57,709 nt of DNA from an uncultured Clostridia bacterium (GCA_945965275.1 CAMFNB010000003.1:1-57709); one strand, 5' to 3'; counted from the first letter of the stretch, positions 39,413-49,044 are shown. A program made the numbers and translations. Notes: generated from the sequence alone by a model not told the origin.

Positions 39413-41265
39413 TTTTCGGTTTCTTTCTTGTCTTCGTCTAAAAATCTTAATTCAGCCATAAATTCGTCGCCGGTGATGTTTTCTTTTTTGTAAAGCACAT
39501 CGGCGAGTTTGTCTAATACGTCTCTGTTTTCGGAAAGAATTGTCTTTGCGCTTTCATAACATTCGGAAATGACTTTCTGCATTGCCGCATCAATCTTTCT
39601 TGCGGTTTCCTCTGAGTATGAACCCTTGAGTCTGTCCGACAGGAAAGCATTTGTTTTGGATTCGAAATTAATGAATCCGAATTCATCACTCATACCATAC
39701 TGAGTAATCATCTCTCTTGCGATTTCGGTTGCACGCTGAATATCATTTGATGCTCCCGTTGTGATAGATTTGAATACTATTTCTTCGGCAGCACGTCCGC
39801 CGCAGAGAACCTTTATGTTATCAAGAACTTCTTCTTTGCTGATGAGGTTCTTTTCTTCTTTTGCAACCTGCATTGTATATCCGAGAGCTCCTGATGTTCT
39901 CGGAATGATTGTGATTTTGTGTACCGGCTCTGTGTTTGACAGCCTTGCGGAAACAAGTGCATGACCGATTTCGTGGTATGCAACGATATGCTTCTCTTTG
40001 TCTGAAAGAACCTTGTTCTTTCTTTCTTCGCCTGCAAGAATTACTTCAACGGCGGCTTCGAGATTGTCCTGCTCAACAACTGTTTTCCTTTCACGTACTG
40101 CACGGAGAGCAGCTTCGTTAATGATGTTTTCGAGGTCGGCACCTGAAGCACCCGGAGTCTGTCTTGCAATTACATCAAGATCAATTTTGTCACTCATTTT
40201 GACGTCACGGGCGTGAACTTTAAGAATGGCCACACGACCGTCCTGGTCAGGAAGGTCAACATTGATTCTTCTGTCAAAACGGCCCGGTCTTAAAAGGGCT
40301 CTGTCAAGAACATCCGGTCTGTTTGTTGCAGCAAGAATAACAACACCCTTTGAAGAATCGAAACCGTCCATCTCCGCAAGCAACTGGTTAAGTGTCTGTT
40401 CACGCTCGTCGTTTCCGCCGAAAGACTCATCACGACTTTTGCCCACAGCGTCAATTTCATCAATGAAAACAATACACGGAGCATTTGAAACAGCCTGCTT
40501 GAAGAGGTCACGCACTCTTGCGGCACCCATACCCACGAAAAGCTCAACGAATTCTGAACCGGAAAGCGAGAAGAAAGGAACTTTGGCTTCTCCCGCAACA
40601 GCTTTTGCGAGAAGTGTTTTACCGGTTCCGGGAGGGCCCACCAAAAGAGCACCCTTCGGAAGTCTTGCACCGATGGCTGTATATTTGGCCGGGTGACTCA
40701 AAAAGTCTATTATTTCAAAGAGGGCTGTCTTTGCTTCGTCCTGTCCGGCAACATCATCAAATGTTTTACCGGTGGATTTTTCGGCATAGAGCTTACCTGT
40801 CTTTTTACCGAAGTCCATAACTCCGCCTATTCCCTTGGTCATTTTCTTCATGATAAAGAAGAGAATTGCACCTGTGAGAAGGGTGGGTAAAATGATATAC
40901 ATAAGCACTTCCGTGAGTGTGTTGTCACTCTGAATCGGAGAACCGTATGTTACGCCTGACTTATCCAGCAGGTCCACGATTTCCTTGTCATCAAGGTAGA
41001 GGCGACCTGTTCTGTAAATCTTAGTGACACGGGCATCTTTTTCAACTTTAGGGATGATGTCGATATAGTAAACATCAATATCAACCTCTTTGACTTTGCC
41101 GTCACTTAACATATCTTTGAATTGATTGTATGAAATTTCTTCAACTGCCGGCTTTGTAAGATTCGGTATGAACCAGAAATACATCAGAGCCAAAAAGATC
41201 GCAACCAGTATCGGAATTATGTATATGTTTTTTTTGTTTTTATTGTCTTTTCCTAAATTATTCAT
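39406..41265 (-). CDS. ftsH: ATP-dependent zinc metalloprotease FtsH
   Basis: Two TM segments, [32 protein letters not shown]; start at 41265 after GGGAGG. Confidence 0.95.
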   Translation of the reverse strand: MNNLGKDNKNKKNIYIIPILVAIFLALMYFWFIPNLTKPAVEEISYNQFKDMLSDGKVKEVDIDVYYIDIIPKVEKDARVTKIYRTGRLYLDDKEIVDLLDKSGVTYGSPIQSDNTLTEVLMYIILPTLLTGAILFFIMKKMTKGIGGVMDFGKKTGKLYAEKSTGKTFDDVAGQDEAKTALFEIIDFLSHPAKYTAIGARLPKGALLVGPPGTGKTLLAKAVAGEAKVPFFSLSGSEFVELFVGMGAARVRDLFKQAVSNAPCIVFIDEIDAVGKSRDESFGGNDEREQTLNQLLAEMDGFDSSKGVVILAATNRPDVLDRALLRPGRFDRRINVDLPDQDGRVAILKVHARDVKMSDKIDLDVIARQTPGASGADLENIINEAALRAVRERKTVVEQDNLEAAVEVILAGEERKNKVLSDKEKHIVAYHEIGHALVSARLSNTEPVHKITIIPRTSGALGYTMQVAKEEKNLISKEEVLDNIKVLCGGRAAEEIVFKSITTGASNDIQRATEIAREMITQYGMSDEFGFINFESKTNAFLSDRLKGSYSEETARKIDAAMQKVISECYESAKTILSENRDVLDKLADVLYKKENITGDEFMAELRFLDEDKKETENQ

Positions 41266-41340
41266 AGAGACCTCCCAAAGTATACTACATTTTACCATAA
41301 ACAAATGATATAATCCAAAAGAGGCAAAAAGGGGACAATT

Positions 41341-41817
41341 ATGTTTGAAATTTCTGAAATGACAACAGAATATGCAACGGAGATTTCCAAGTGGAAATAT
41401 GATGAGCCGTACTCGGCATACAGTATGAAAGACACTGAGGATGAAATTGATGAAATCATGAACGGACTTCATGTTGCCGTAACGGAAGCTGATGAGCTTG
41501 TGGGATATATTGCATTCGGTTGGTCAGCACAGCCGAGATGTGAAAACTCTTCAGCGATTTTTGAAGATGAGTCGTATTCCGATATTGCTTTGGGCCTGAG
41601 GCCGGATCTTTGCGGCAGGGGCTTGGGAGGACAGCTTACCGAGTGTGCGGTTTCCTTTGTGAAGGACCTGTTCCCTGAAGACGGTGTCAGACTGACGGTA
41701 AAAGCAGATAATGTAAGGGCCATAAAGGTTTACGAAAGAGCGGGCTTCTCAAAAAGCACTGATTTCACTTATTCTGACGGTGCTCTTTACAATGTCATGT
41801 GTTTGACTGAGGCATAG
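41341..41817 (+). CDS. GNAT-family N-acetyltransferase
   Basis: LGLRPDLCGRGLG, NVRAIKVYERAGF. Confidence 0.88.
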   Translation: MFEISEMTTEYATEISKWKYDEPYSAYSMKDTEDEIDEIMNGLHVAVTEADELVGYIAFGWSAQPRCENSSAIFEDESYSDIALGLRPDLCGRGLGGQLTECAVSFVKDLFPEDGVRLTVKADNVRAIKVYERAGFSKSTDFTYSDGALYNVMCLTEA

Positions 41818-41862
41818 AAATTCTATATACTAATATATATTAACGGTCCTTTGGAGGAAAAA

Positions 41863-41985
41863 ATGGCAAAACAAAATAAAAGGGATAAGGCAAAGAAGAA
41901 TGCAATTCGTGTTGTTTGCGTTGTGCTTGCACTTTCAATGGTTGCCGGCATATTTCTTTCGGTATTCGCTTATCTTTTTACATGA
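41863..41985 (+). CDS. 40-aa single-pass membrane microprotein (not in ORF track)
   Basis: GGAGG RBS; MAKQNKRDKAKKNAIRVVCVVLALSMVAGIFLSVFAYLFT. Confidence 0.75.
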   Translation: MAKQNKRDKAKKNAIRVVCVVLALSMVAGIFLSVFAYLFT

Positions 41986-42010
41986 TTAATCAGACAAATC
42001 GGGGTAAAAA

Positions 42011-42901
42011 TTGTTTAAGGTAAGTTTTACAAATATAATTCAATACCTTTCAAGCTATCTTGGAATCGAGAATTTTTGGGACGTAATTAAGACCATTATT
42101 GACATCGGTCTTGTTGCGCTCTTGTTCTTTGCGCTCATGAGAATTCTGAGAGATTCCAGAGCATGGCAGATTGTAAAGGGTATCATCATAATTTTGGTGG
42201 TTTCCATTGCAACTGACCTTCTCGGTTTAACGACACTTTCATACATTATTCGAATGATAGTGAATGTTCTTCCTGTTCTTCTGGTTGTTATATTCCAACC
42301 GGAAATTCGAAAAGCCCTGGAATCAATGGGTAACGGACGTCTTAAGGCTGTTTTTACGGGTGTGAGAGCGCCGGGTGAAGCGGCAACCCTCGATAAAATC
42401 ATTGAGGCTGCATTTGAGATGGGCGAGGAAAGAACAGGTGCGCTGATTGTTCTCGAAAGGAATACAAACTTAGGAGAAATAATCAGAACAGGTACAATTG
42501 TTGATGCTGAGGTATCCGTTCCGCTTCTGAAACTTCTTTTCTATCCGAACACACCGCTCCATGACGGAGCCGTTATAATCAGACAGCAGATGGTTCATGC
42601 AGCCGGCTGTGTTCTTCCCCTTTGCGCAAGGGCAAATCTCAGACAAAGTCTCGGAACAAGGCACAGAGCAGGTGTGGGCGTAAGTGAAAACGCAGACTGT
42701 TTAAGTATCATAGTTTCCGAGGAAACAGGCAATGTGTCTCTTGCACAAAACGGCATTATTTCCGAGAACCTTTCAAAAGAGAAGGTAAAAGAAATAGTAT
42801 ATGACGCTTTTGATATCGGAAAGAACACCGCTTCTTTGCGCAAGGGCAAATCTCAGACAAAGTCTCGGAACAAGGCACAGAGCAGGTGTGGGCGTAAGTG
42901 A
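42011..42901 (+). CDS. cdaA: Diadenylate cyclase CdaA/DacA, C-terminal tail altered by tandem duplication
   Basis: Three TM helices, FQPEIR, TGALIV, PLHDGA, LGTRHRA, VSEETG; TTG start. Confidence 0.93.
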   Translation: MFKVSFTNIIQYLSSYLGIENFWDVIKTIIDIGLVALLFFALMRILRDSRAWQIVKGIIIILVVSIATDLLGLTTLSYIIRMIVNVLPVLLVVIFQPEIRKALESMGNGRLKAVFTGVRAPGEAATLDKIIEAAFEMGEERTGALIVLERNTNLGEIIRTGTIVDAEVSVPLLKLLFYPNTPLHDGAVIIRQQMVHAAGCVLPLCARANLRQSLGTRHRAGVGVSENADCLSIIVSEETGNVSLAQNGIISENLSKEKVKEIVYDAFDIGKNTASLRKGKSQTKSRNKAQSRCGRK

Positions 42902-43048
42902 AAACGCAGACTGTTTAAGTATCATAGTTTCCGAGGAAACAGGCAATGTGTCTCTTGCACAAAACGGCATTATTTCCGAGAACCTTTCAAAAGAGAAGGT
43001 AAAAGAAATAGTATATGACGCTTTTGATATCGGAAAGAACACCGCTTC
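42621..43048 (+). repeat. 214-bp direct tandem duplication (42621-42834 / 42835-43048)
   Basis: Both copies run TTTGCGCAAGGGC...GAACACCGCTTC; no differences found by eye. Confidence 0.97.
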
Positions 43049-43081
43049 AAGAAGACATTTATTCAAGAAGGGGGAAACAAA

Positions 43082-44395
43082 ATGAAAAGAGATAAAGTTT
43101 CCGCCTTTATGAAATCAAATACATTCTATATCATTGTATCGGTGGCATTTGCCATTGTTGCATGGCTGCTGGTGCTCAGCTCCCAGAATCCGACGGAAAC
43201 GAGAACAATTGAAGTTCCGATTACATTCATAAACAGAAATGTTCTTGCAGAGCAGGATCTTGTTGACACAAGTATCACAACCCAGCCGTCAAAGGTTACC
43301 GTAAAAGTAAAGGGAGCTGAAGCTTTTATCGAGCAGATTCAGCCCAGTGATATTTATGTGGAAGCAGACTACAGCCAGATTACCGAAGCAGGCCAGGCGA
43401 CAATTAAAATCAGTGAACCTGTTGTTGACGGTATCGGCGTATCAGTTGAATCATATTATCCGACAGAGTTCGAATGTATATATGATAAGAAAATAGAAAA
43501 GTACATTGATGTTGACGTGGAGTGGTCAGATGACCTTGCTGCAGACGGCGTATCAATCGTAGATGCTCAGGCAGAGCCTTCAAACATATTAATCACAGGA
43601 TTCTCCATGCTTCTTGATCAGGTTAAATCTGTAAAGGTAAATCTTGCAGATACAATAAAGAAGGGTTCTGTTACAAATGACGGCTCAATAAGCCTTGTTT
43701 GCCGGTTCTACAATGAGGACGGAGACGATATATCATATAACTTCGATACCGAAAAGGTTGTTGTAAGATACACGACGGGAAAAATCATACCGATTTCTTA
43801 TACTATAACCGACAACCCTGCCAACGGATATTATGTGGAGTCAGATAAGATTTCAACAGAAAATGCAATTATATCCGGTACAAAGGAAAAGCTTGACCTG
43901 ATAAACAAAATAAATCTCGGACAAATCAGCGTGGCAGGAGCAAATGCGACTTTCACAAAAAAATTTGACATTTCCGATAAAATTCCTGCGGATGTGATTC
44001 TTAAGGAGCCTGCGGAGGTAACCGTAACAATCAGTATTGCGAAGTATGAGACAAAGGAGATATCCGTAAATCCGGATAAGCTCAGAAAAATAGGCGAGAA
44101 TTCTTCATATACATACAAGTATTCTCTGGATACGACAAAGGTTGTTGTTCGCGGAGCTGCAGATAAGATAAAGGATTTGCAGGAAGGAGCGGTTTCTTAC
44201 TCAGTTGATGTAAGCAATGCAAAGAAGGGTGTACAGAATCTCGACATAAGATTCAATCTTCCGGAAGGAATATCAACGCAGGGTACATACAGGTGCAGAG
44301 TTGAGGTTTCGGAACATAAGGGAGCGACGGACGCCCCTGAAGTGACATCGACACCGGAGCACAGCTTCGAACCGACATCAGAACCTGATAATTAA
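43082..44395 (+). CDS. cdaR: YbbR-domain c-di-AMP cyclase regulator CdaR
   Basis: N-terminal TM (SVAFAIVAWLLV), repeated beta-rich P..V.V.G units, position after cdaA. Confidence 0.85.
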   Translation: MKRDKVSAFMKSNTFYIIVSVAFAIVAWLLVLSSQNPTETRTIEVPITFINRNVLAEQDLVDTSITTQPSKVTVKVKGAEAFIEQIQPSDIYVEADYSQITEAGQATIKISEPVVDGIGVSVESYYPTEFECIYDKKIEKYIDVDVEWSDDLAADGVSIVDAQAEPSNILITGFSMLLDQVKSVKVNLADTIKKGSVTNDGSISLVCRFYNEDGDDISYNFDTEKVVVRYTTGKIIPISYTITDNPANGYYVESDKISTENAIISGTKEKLDLINKINLGQISVAGANATFTKKFDISDKIPADVILKEPAEVTVTISIAKYETKEISVNPDKLRKIGENSSYTYKYSLDTTKVVVRGAADKIKDLQEGAVSYSVDVSNAKKGVQNLDIRFNLPEGISTQGTYRCRVEVSEHKGATDAPEVTSTPEHSFEPTSEPDN

Positions 44396-44407
44396 CGGTA
44401 AAAATAT

Positions 44408-44444
44408 AAGAACCGAACTGAAAATCAGTTCGGTTCTTTTTATT
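44408..44444. terminator. Bidirectional intrinsic terminator
   Basis: aagaaccgaactga-aaa-tcagttcggttctt. Confidence 0.85.
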
Positions 44445-44449
44445 GCCTT

Positions 44450-44974
44450 TTATTTTACAGGCGGGACAACCGGAAGCATCAGTGAAGTGTAGTCGCTGAT
44501 GAACCAGGGGTCTCCCAGAAGATTTTTATTCTTTGCCTTTCTCTTTTTTATCTTAAAAAGAGTAACAGGTCTGTATGTGCCGTCTCCCGGACAACCTATA
44601 TACAGGGTCTTCTGCTTTCTGCTCTTTGATTTTTCTCTGCTTTCTTTTACTGTAATAACATAAGGCGTTGACGGTGAATAGTTATTCTGCGGGGTTGAAC
44701 CCTTTAAGTATGCGAGCGGAAGATACGAAGCCTGTCTCAAAGGTGCATCGAGAGTCATTGATATTTCGCTCTCTGAAAGTTCTTCTTCATGTCTTAAATA
44801 ACTGACCATCTTAAGCCCCAGTTCTTTATCAACCGCATAAATTCTGAGTACCATAATGAAGAGAGCAGCCACCTTTTCGGGTATGTTCATGAAGCTGTCT
44901 GCAAGATTGGTGAATATTTCCCATTCAGTGGGTAATTCGTGGAATACAATTTCCGTGATTTTTTCAGTGTTCAT
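44450..44974 (-). CDS. Hypothetical protein (DUF6935-like)
   Basis: PEKVAAL, YLKGSTPQNNYSP, RPVTL pattern; start at 44974 after GAGGA. Confidence 0.6.
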   Translation of the reverse strand: MNTEKITEIVFHELPTEWEIFTNLADSFMNIPEKVAALFIMVLRIYAVDKELGLKMVSYLRHEEELSESEISMTLDAPLRQASYLPLAYLKGSTPQNNYSPSTPYVITVKESREKSKSRKQKTLYIGCPGDGTYRPVTLFKIKKRKAKNKNLLGDPWFISDYTSLMLPVVPPVK

Positions 44975-45069
44975 ATTATTCCTCTTAGAAACTGTTTGTT
45001 GCCTGAATAATATCAAAAAAACAGGCCACGGTCAATTTGACCGTAACCTGCTTTAAATGGGGTGGGCAA

Positions 45070-45417
45070 TTAAATTGTCGGAAGAAGCAGAACGTCTCCG
45101 ATGTGAAGTACTGAATCATGAAGCTCGTTTACTTCCTTGATTTCATCGATTGCATCCCGTCGGTCAGTATTGGGGTAATACTTTGCTGCCAGGCCCCAGA
45201 GCGTGTCGCCCGGCTCAACAACGACGGGAGTGTAATCGGATATATCTCCGGAAGTACGGGCAAATACAACCGTTGAAATCAAAGCGGTGATTAACAGACA
45301 TACGCAAAGTGCAACAAATGCACGTCTTCTTCTGTAAATCTTCTGCATCTTATTTCTTTTAAGATCTCTGATGTATTCTTCACATGTTTCGTAATCTTTC
45401 CATGATTTCTTTTTCAT
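45070..45417 (-). CDS. yneA: LysM-domain membrane protein, YneA-like SOS cell-division inhibitor
   Basis: Basic stretch, TM helix, LysM VEPGDTLWGLA..N.L...LHIGDVL; LexA boxes upstream. Confidence 0.8.
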   Translation of the reverse strand: MKKKSWKDYETCEEYIRDLKRNKMQKIYRRRRAFVALCVCLLITALISTVVFARTSGDISDYTPVVVEPGDTLWGLAAKYYPNTDRRDAIDEIKEVNELHDSVLHIGDVLLLPTI

Positions 45418-45440
45418 AATAGTTATCCTCCGTATAATTG

Positions 45441-45543
45441 CAATCGTTTGTTCGATGTATTGTTCTTAAGTACGAACACATAATACACGAACAGTTGTTT
45501 GATGTCAATAGGGTATCAAAAAAAAATTTCGAACAAATTTTTG
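45441..45543 (-). promoter_or_regulatory. yneA promoter with multiple LexA (SOS) boxes
   Basis: Minus-strand TTGACA(45503-45508)-17nt-TATTAT(45480-45485); CGAACAGTTGTTTG at 45488-45501; weaker boxes at 45441-45454 and 45530-45543. Confidence 0.8.
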
Positions 45544-45594
45544 ATTTCCTGTGAGATTATTAAAACAAATGCCATGTCCAATAAAACGGACTTG

Positions 45595-45623
45595 TTGACA
45601 AGGAACTGTCGCAATGGTATACT
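45595..45623 (+). promoter_or_regulatory. sigmaA-type promoter of rpsO
   Basis: TTGACA-17nt-TATACT with extended TG. Confidence 0.85.
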
Positions 45624-45634
45624 TGCAAAGGTTT

Positions 45635-45700
45635 TCGACCGTTTCTCTGTTTAAGGACGATCTCCGACCTTTTACCGGGATTACGGCATATTTATTATTA
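45635..45700 (+). ncRNA. Probable S15 autoregulatory leader
   Basis: CCGT..TCTC..AAGG / CCTT..GGGA..ACGG interrupted stem between promoter and rpsO RBS. Confidence 0.55.
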
Positions 45701-45714
45701 AAGGAGAAAAGAAA

Positions 45715-45978
45715 ATGACAAAAGAAAGAAAACAGGAAATCATCAAAGAGTTCGCTACACATGAAGGCGACACAGGTTCACCGGAGGTTCAGGTTGCTGT
45801 TCTTACAGAAAGAATCAACCACTTAAACGAACACCTTAAGACACATCAGAAGGACCACCACTCAAGAAGAGGTCTTCTTATGATGGTAGGTCAGAGAAGA
45901 GGCCTTTTAGCATACCTTCAGAAGATCGACATCGAGAGATATCGCTCACTCATCGAGAGACTCGGACTCAGAAAGTAA
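45715..45978 (+). CDS. rpsO: 30S ribosomal protein S15
   Basis: [24 protein letters not shown]. Confidence 0.98.
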   Translation: MTKERKQEIIKEFATHEGDTGSPEVQVAVLTERINHLNEHLKTHQKDHHSRRGLLMMVGQRRGLLAYLQKIDIERYRSLIERLGLRK

Positions 45979-45989
45979 TTTGTTAACGG

Positions 45990-46026
45990 ACAAGGAGCGA
46001 CGCTCTGTCGTTCCTTGTTTTATTTT
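45990..46026 (+). terminator. Intrinsic terminator after rpsO
   Basis: acaaggagcgac/gtcgttccttgt stem plus T tract. Confidence 0.8.
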
Positions 46027-46140
46027 GATTAATATTAATAAAGGTATCCGGTTCGTAGAAAGTAGATTGTGTACCAAAACAAAAGGTTTTGATTCAGAAT
46101 CTACGTGCTACATCCGGACGTCTTTACAAAGGAGGAAAAG

Positions 46141-48255
46141 ATGTTTAAGACTTTCACAACAAAATTGGCAGGTCGTGACCTTACAATTGAAACAGGCAAG
46201 CTCGCACAGCTTGCAAACGGAGCCGTGCTCGTTCGTTACGGCGAGACAACAGTTCTTTCAACTGTTACAGCTTCAAAGGCACCGAGAGACGGTGTGGACT
46301 TTTTCCCTCTCAGCGTAGACTACGAGGAAAAACTTTATTCAGTAGGTAAAATCCCCGGTGGTTTTACAAAGAGAGAAGGCAAGCCTACAGAAAAGGCTAT
46401 CTTAACTTCTCGTGTTATTGACAGACCTATCAGACCTTTATTCCCTAAGGATCTCAGAAACGATGTAGTTGTTGTAAACACTGTTATGTCAGTTGACCAG
46501 AACAACTCACCTGAGATTGCCGCAATGATCGGTACATCAGCAGCTATCGCCATTTCGGATATTCCGTGGAACGGACCTGTAGGCGGTGTTGTACTCGGAC
46601 TTGTTGACGGACAGGTAGTTATCAACCCTAACTCAGAAGAGAGAGCAAAGAGCGACATGTATGTAACTTTAGCAGGTACTCTCGACAAAATCTGTATGGT
46701 TGAGGCCGGTGCAAACGAAGTTCCTGAGGATGTAATGCTTAATGCAATCATCGAGGGCCATAAGACAATCAAAGAGATCTGCGCATTCATCAACGAGATG
46801 GTTGCTGAAGTAGGTAAACCGAAGTTCGCTTATGAGTCATGCGACGTTCCGGAGCAGATTTTCGAAGACATCAAGGCTTTTGCCGGCGAAGAAATGAAGC
46901 AGGCAGTTCTTGCTGTTGATAAGACAGACAGAGATAATGCAATTGATGCATTAACAGAAAAAGTACATGCAGAATTCGATGAGAAGCTCGGAGACGATGC
47001 TCACTGGATCGGAGATGCCATTTACAAGCTTGAAAAGAAGACAGTAAGAAGCTATCTCTTCGATGAGCACAAGAGAGTTGACGGAAGAGGAATGGAGGAA
47101 ATCAGACCTCTTTCAGCTGAAATTGACTGTATTCCGAGAGTACATGGCTGCGGTCTCTTCAAGAGAGGTCAGACTCAGGTTATGACAATCGCAACTCTTG
47201 CTCCTGTATCAGAAGCACAGAAACTCGACGGTATTGACGAAGAGGTTTCAAAGAGATATATGCACCAGTACAACTTCCCGTCATATTCAGTAGGTGAAGC
47301 AAAGAGCTCAAGAGGACCGGGAAGAAGAGAAATCGGTCATGGTGCTCTTGCAGAGAGAGCTCTTGTTCCGGTAATTCCTTCAGAAGAAGAATTCCCATAC
47401 TCAATGAGACTTGTATCAGAAGTACTTATGTCAAACGGTTCAACATCACAGGGTTCTGTTTGCGGTTCAACTCTTGCCCTTATGGCAGCAGGTGTACCGA
47501 TTAAGAGACCTGTAGCAGGTATTTCATCAGGTCTTTGCACAAACGATGCATATGACGCAGATCCTGAGAACCCTGACAACTACGTAACATTCATGGATAT
47601 CCAGGGAATCGAAGACTTCTTCGGCGACATGGACTTCAAGGTAGCAGGTACTGAGAAGGGTATCACAGCCATCCAGGTTGATATTAAGGTTAAGGGTCTT
47701 TCATACGGTATCATTAAGCAGGCATTCGAACTTACAAGAAAGGGCAGAATGCAGATCTTAAATGACATCATCCTTCCTTGTATTTCTGAACCGAGAGCTG
47801 AGGTTTCTGAGTATGCTCCTAAGATGTATACGCTCAAGATTCCTACTGACAAGATTCGTGAAGTAATCGGTAAGGGCGGCGAAACAATCAACAAGATCGT
47901 TGCTGAAACAGGCGTTAAGATGGATATTGAAGAAGACGGTACAATCTATGTTGCAACTTCTGACAAGGAAGCAGCAGACAAGGCTATCAAGATGATTAAC
48001 GGCATCGTTGCCGAACCTGAAGTCGGCATGATTTACGAAGGTACTGTTAAGAAGATTATCGAATGCGGCGCATTCGTAGAATTCCTTCCGGGCAAGCAGG
48101 GCATGGTTCACATCTCAAAACTTGCTGAATTCCATGTAAATAAAGTTGAGGACATCGTTAAGGAAGGTGACACTGTTCGGGTTAAACTCTATGAGATTGA
48201 CAAGCAGGGCAGAAACAACCTTACAATGAAGGACGTACCTCAGGATGCAGAGTAA
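46141..48255 (+). CDS. pnp: Polyribonucleotide nucleotidyltransferase
   Basis: FFPLSVDYEEK, RPIRPLFP, RREIGHG, SNGSTS, GDMDFKVAGT, KH and S1 domains; ATG at 46141 after AAGGAGG. Confidence 0.98.
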   Translation: MFKTFTTKLAGRDLTIETGKLAQLANGAVLVRYGETTVLSTVTASKAPRDGVDFFPLSVDYEEKLYSVGKIPGGFTKREGKPTEKAILTSRVIDRPIRPLFPKDLRNDVVVVNTVMSVDQNNSPEIAAMIGTSAAIAISDIPWNGPVGGVVLGLVDGQVVINPNSEERAKSDMYVTLAGTLDKICMVEAGANEVPEDVMLNAIIEGHKTIKEICAFINEMVAEVGKPKFAYESCDVPEQIFEDIKAFAGEEMKQAVLAVDKTDRDNAIDALTEKVHAEFDEKLGDDAHWIGDAIYKLEKKTVRSYLFDEHKRVDGRGMEEIRPLSAEIDCIPRVHGCGLFKRGQTQVMTIATLAPVSEAQKLDGIDEEVSKRYMHQYNFPSYSVGEAKSSRGPGRREIGHGALAERALVPVIPSEEEFPYSMRLVSEVLMSNGSTSQGSVCGSTLALMAAGVPIKRPVAGISSGLCTNDAYDADPENPDNYVTFMDIQGIEDFFGDMDFKVAGTEKGITAIQVDIKVKGLSYGIIKQAFELTRKGRMQILNDIILPCISEPRAEVSEYAPKMYTLKIPTDKIREVIGKGGETINKIVAETGVKMDIEEDGTIYVATSDKEAADKAIKMINGIVAEPEVGMIYEGTVKKIIECGAFVEFLPGKQGMVHISKLAEFHVNKVEDIVKEGDTVRVKLYEIDKQGRNNLTMKDVPQDAE

Positions 48256-48274
48256 TCTGGTATTGAAACAAAAC

Positions 48275-48305
48275 AAGGGGTCGCCCAAAGCGACCCTTTA
48301 ATTTT
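48275..48305 (+). terminator. Terminator-like hairpin after pnp
   Basis: gggtcgc-ccaaa-gcgaccc followed by tttaatttt. Confidence 0.65.
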
Positions 48306-48380
48306 GTCCCGATAGTCCAACGGATAGGACACAGGACTCCGACTCCTGCGATGTGGGTTCGATTCCCGCTCGGGATGCCA
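48306..48380 (+). tRNA. tRNA-Arg (anticodon CCG)
   Basis: Acceptor GTCCCGA/TCGGGAT, anticodon arm CAGGA-CTCCGAC-TCCTG, GGTTCGATTCC T arm, encoded CCA. Confidence 0.95.
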
Positions 48381-48383
48381 AAC

Positions 48384-48423
48384 AAAAAAGCCGTTTCCGA
48401 AAGGAAACGGCTTTTGGTATTTT
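48384..48423. terminator. Bidirectional intrinsic terminator
   Basis: aaaagccgtttcc-gaaa-ggaaacggctttt. Confidence 0.88.
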
Positions 48424-48474
48424 ACAGAGTTGAATTTTCAATGTTACTTGTAAAAATGCCCATAAATACTTCTG

Positions 48475-49032
48475 TTATCTGAAAATATATTTTACTGTTT
48501 CTTCTAATTCCCTATATGCGTCAGTATTCGATAATTCACTGAGCGAGTCAAGTACGGCTCTGTAATACTGTTCCTGGACTGCAGGGTCTTTTTGATGAAA
48601 GCCGTTCCAAAGGGACGCACCTTTTTCGTCGTACAGTCTTTTGATTGAACGCATATTTGAAAGCTTGTCGGCAAGACAAATTTTCTTTGCTTCAATATTA
48701 TCGGAATTTCTTATTGCTTCAAGGACTTCTTTTTTTCTGATTTCCCATGTTTCTTCAGGAGGCCTGTTTCTTCGCTTGTCTTCGGTTTCTGCGGCAACAA
48801 GCTTTTTTACCGTTTCACCGAATCTCTCTCCGATTTCCTCGATTGAAACGCCTGCGTCTTCAACCGTGTCATGAAGTACGGCTGCTGCCATGGTGTTTAA
48901 ATCGTCCGTCATTGCAGAGACGATTACGGAAACTTCAAGCGGGTGAATGACATACGGGAGGGTACACATTTTACGAACATATCCGCTGTGCTTTTCTGCT
49001 GCAAACTGAATTGCCTCTTCGTAAACGTTCAT
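48475..49032 (-). CDS. HD-domain protein, small alarmone hydrolase (Mesh1/SpoT-HD-like)
   Basis: AAEKH..RK..LPYVIHP, AAVLHDTVED, LADKLSN. Confidence 0.8.
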   Translation of the reverse strand: MNVYEEAIQFAAEKHSGYVRKMCTLPYVIHPLEVSVIVSAMTDDLNTMAAAVLHDTVEDAGVSIEEIGERFGETVKKLVAAETEDKRRNRPPEETWEIRKKEVLEAIRNSDNIEAKKICLADKLSNMRSIKRLYDEKGASLWNGFHQKDPAVQEQYYRAVLDSLSELSNTDAYRELEETVKYIFR

Positions 49033-49044
49033 TAAATCCTCCTG

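Noticed and set aside
41266-41472. N-terminal extension of FtsH in the ORF track
   Set aside because: Overlaps the divergent GNAT gene; the RBS supports the ATG at 41265. Similar over-extensions were trimmed for GltB1, NYN, pnp and the deacetylase
42801-43085. 94-aa ORF resembling a second DAC fragment
   Set aside because: By-product of the 214-bp duplication; lacks the DGA motif and a clear RBS
48197-48227. TTGACA..TACAAT inside the pnp 3' end as tRNA promoter
   Set aside because: 19-nt spacing is poor and it lies upstream of the terminator hairpin
48306-48480. tRNA as integration site of an island
   Set aside because: No integrase and no repeated tRNA 3' end in the window
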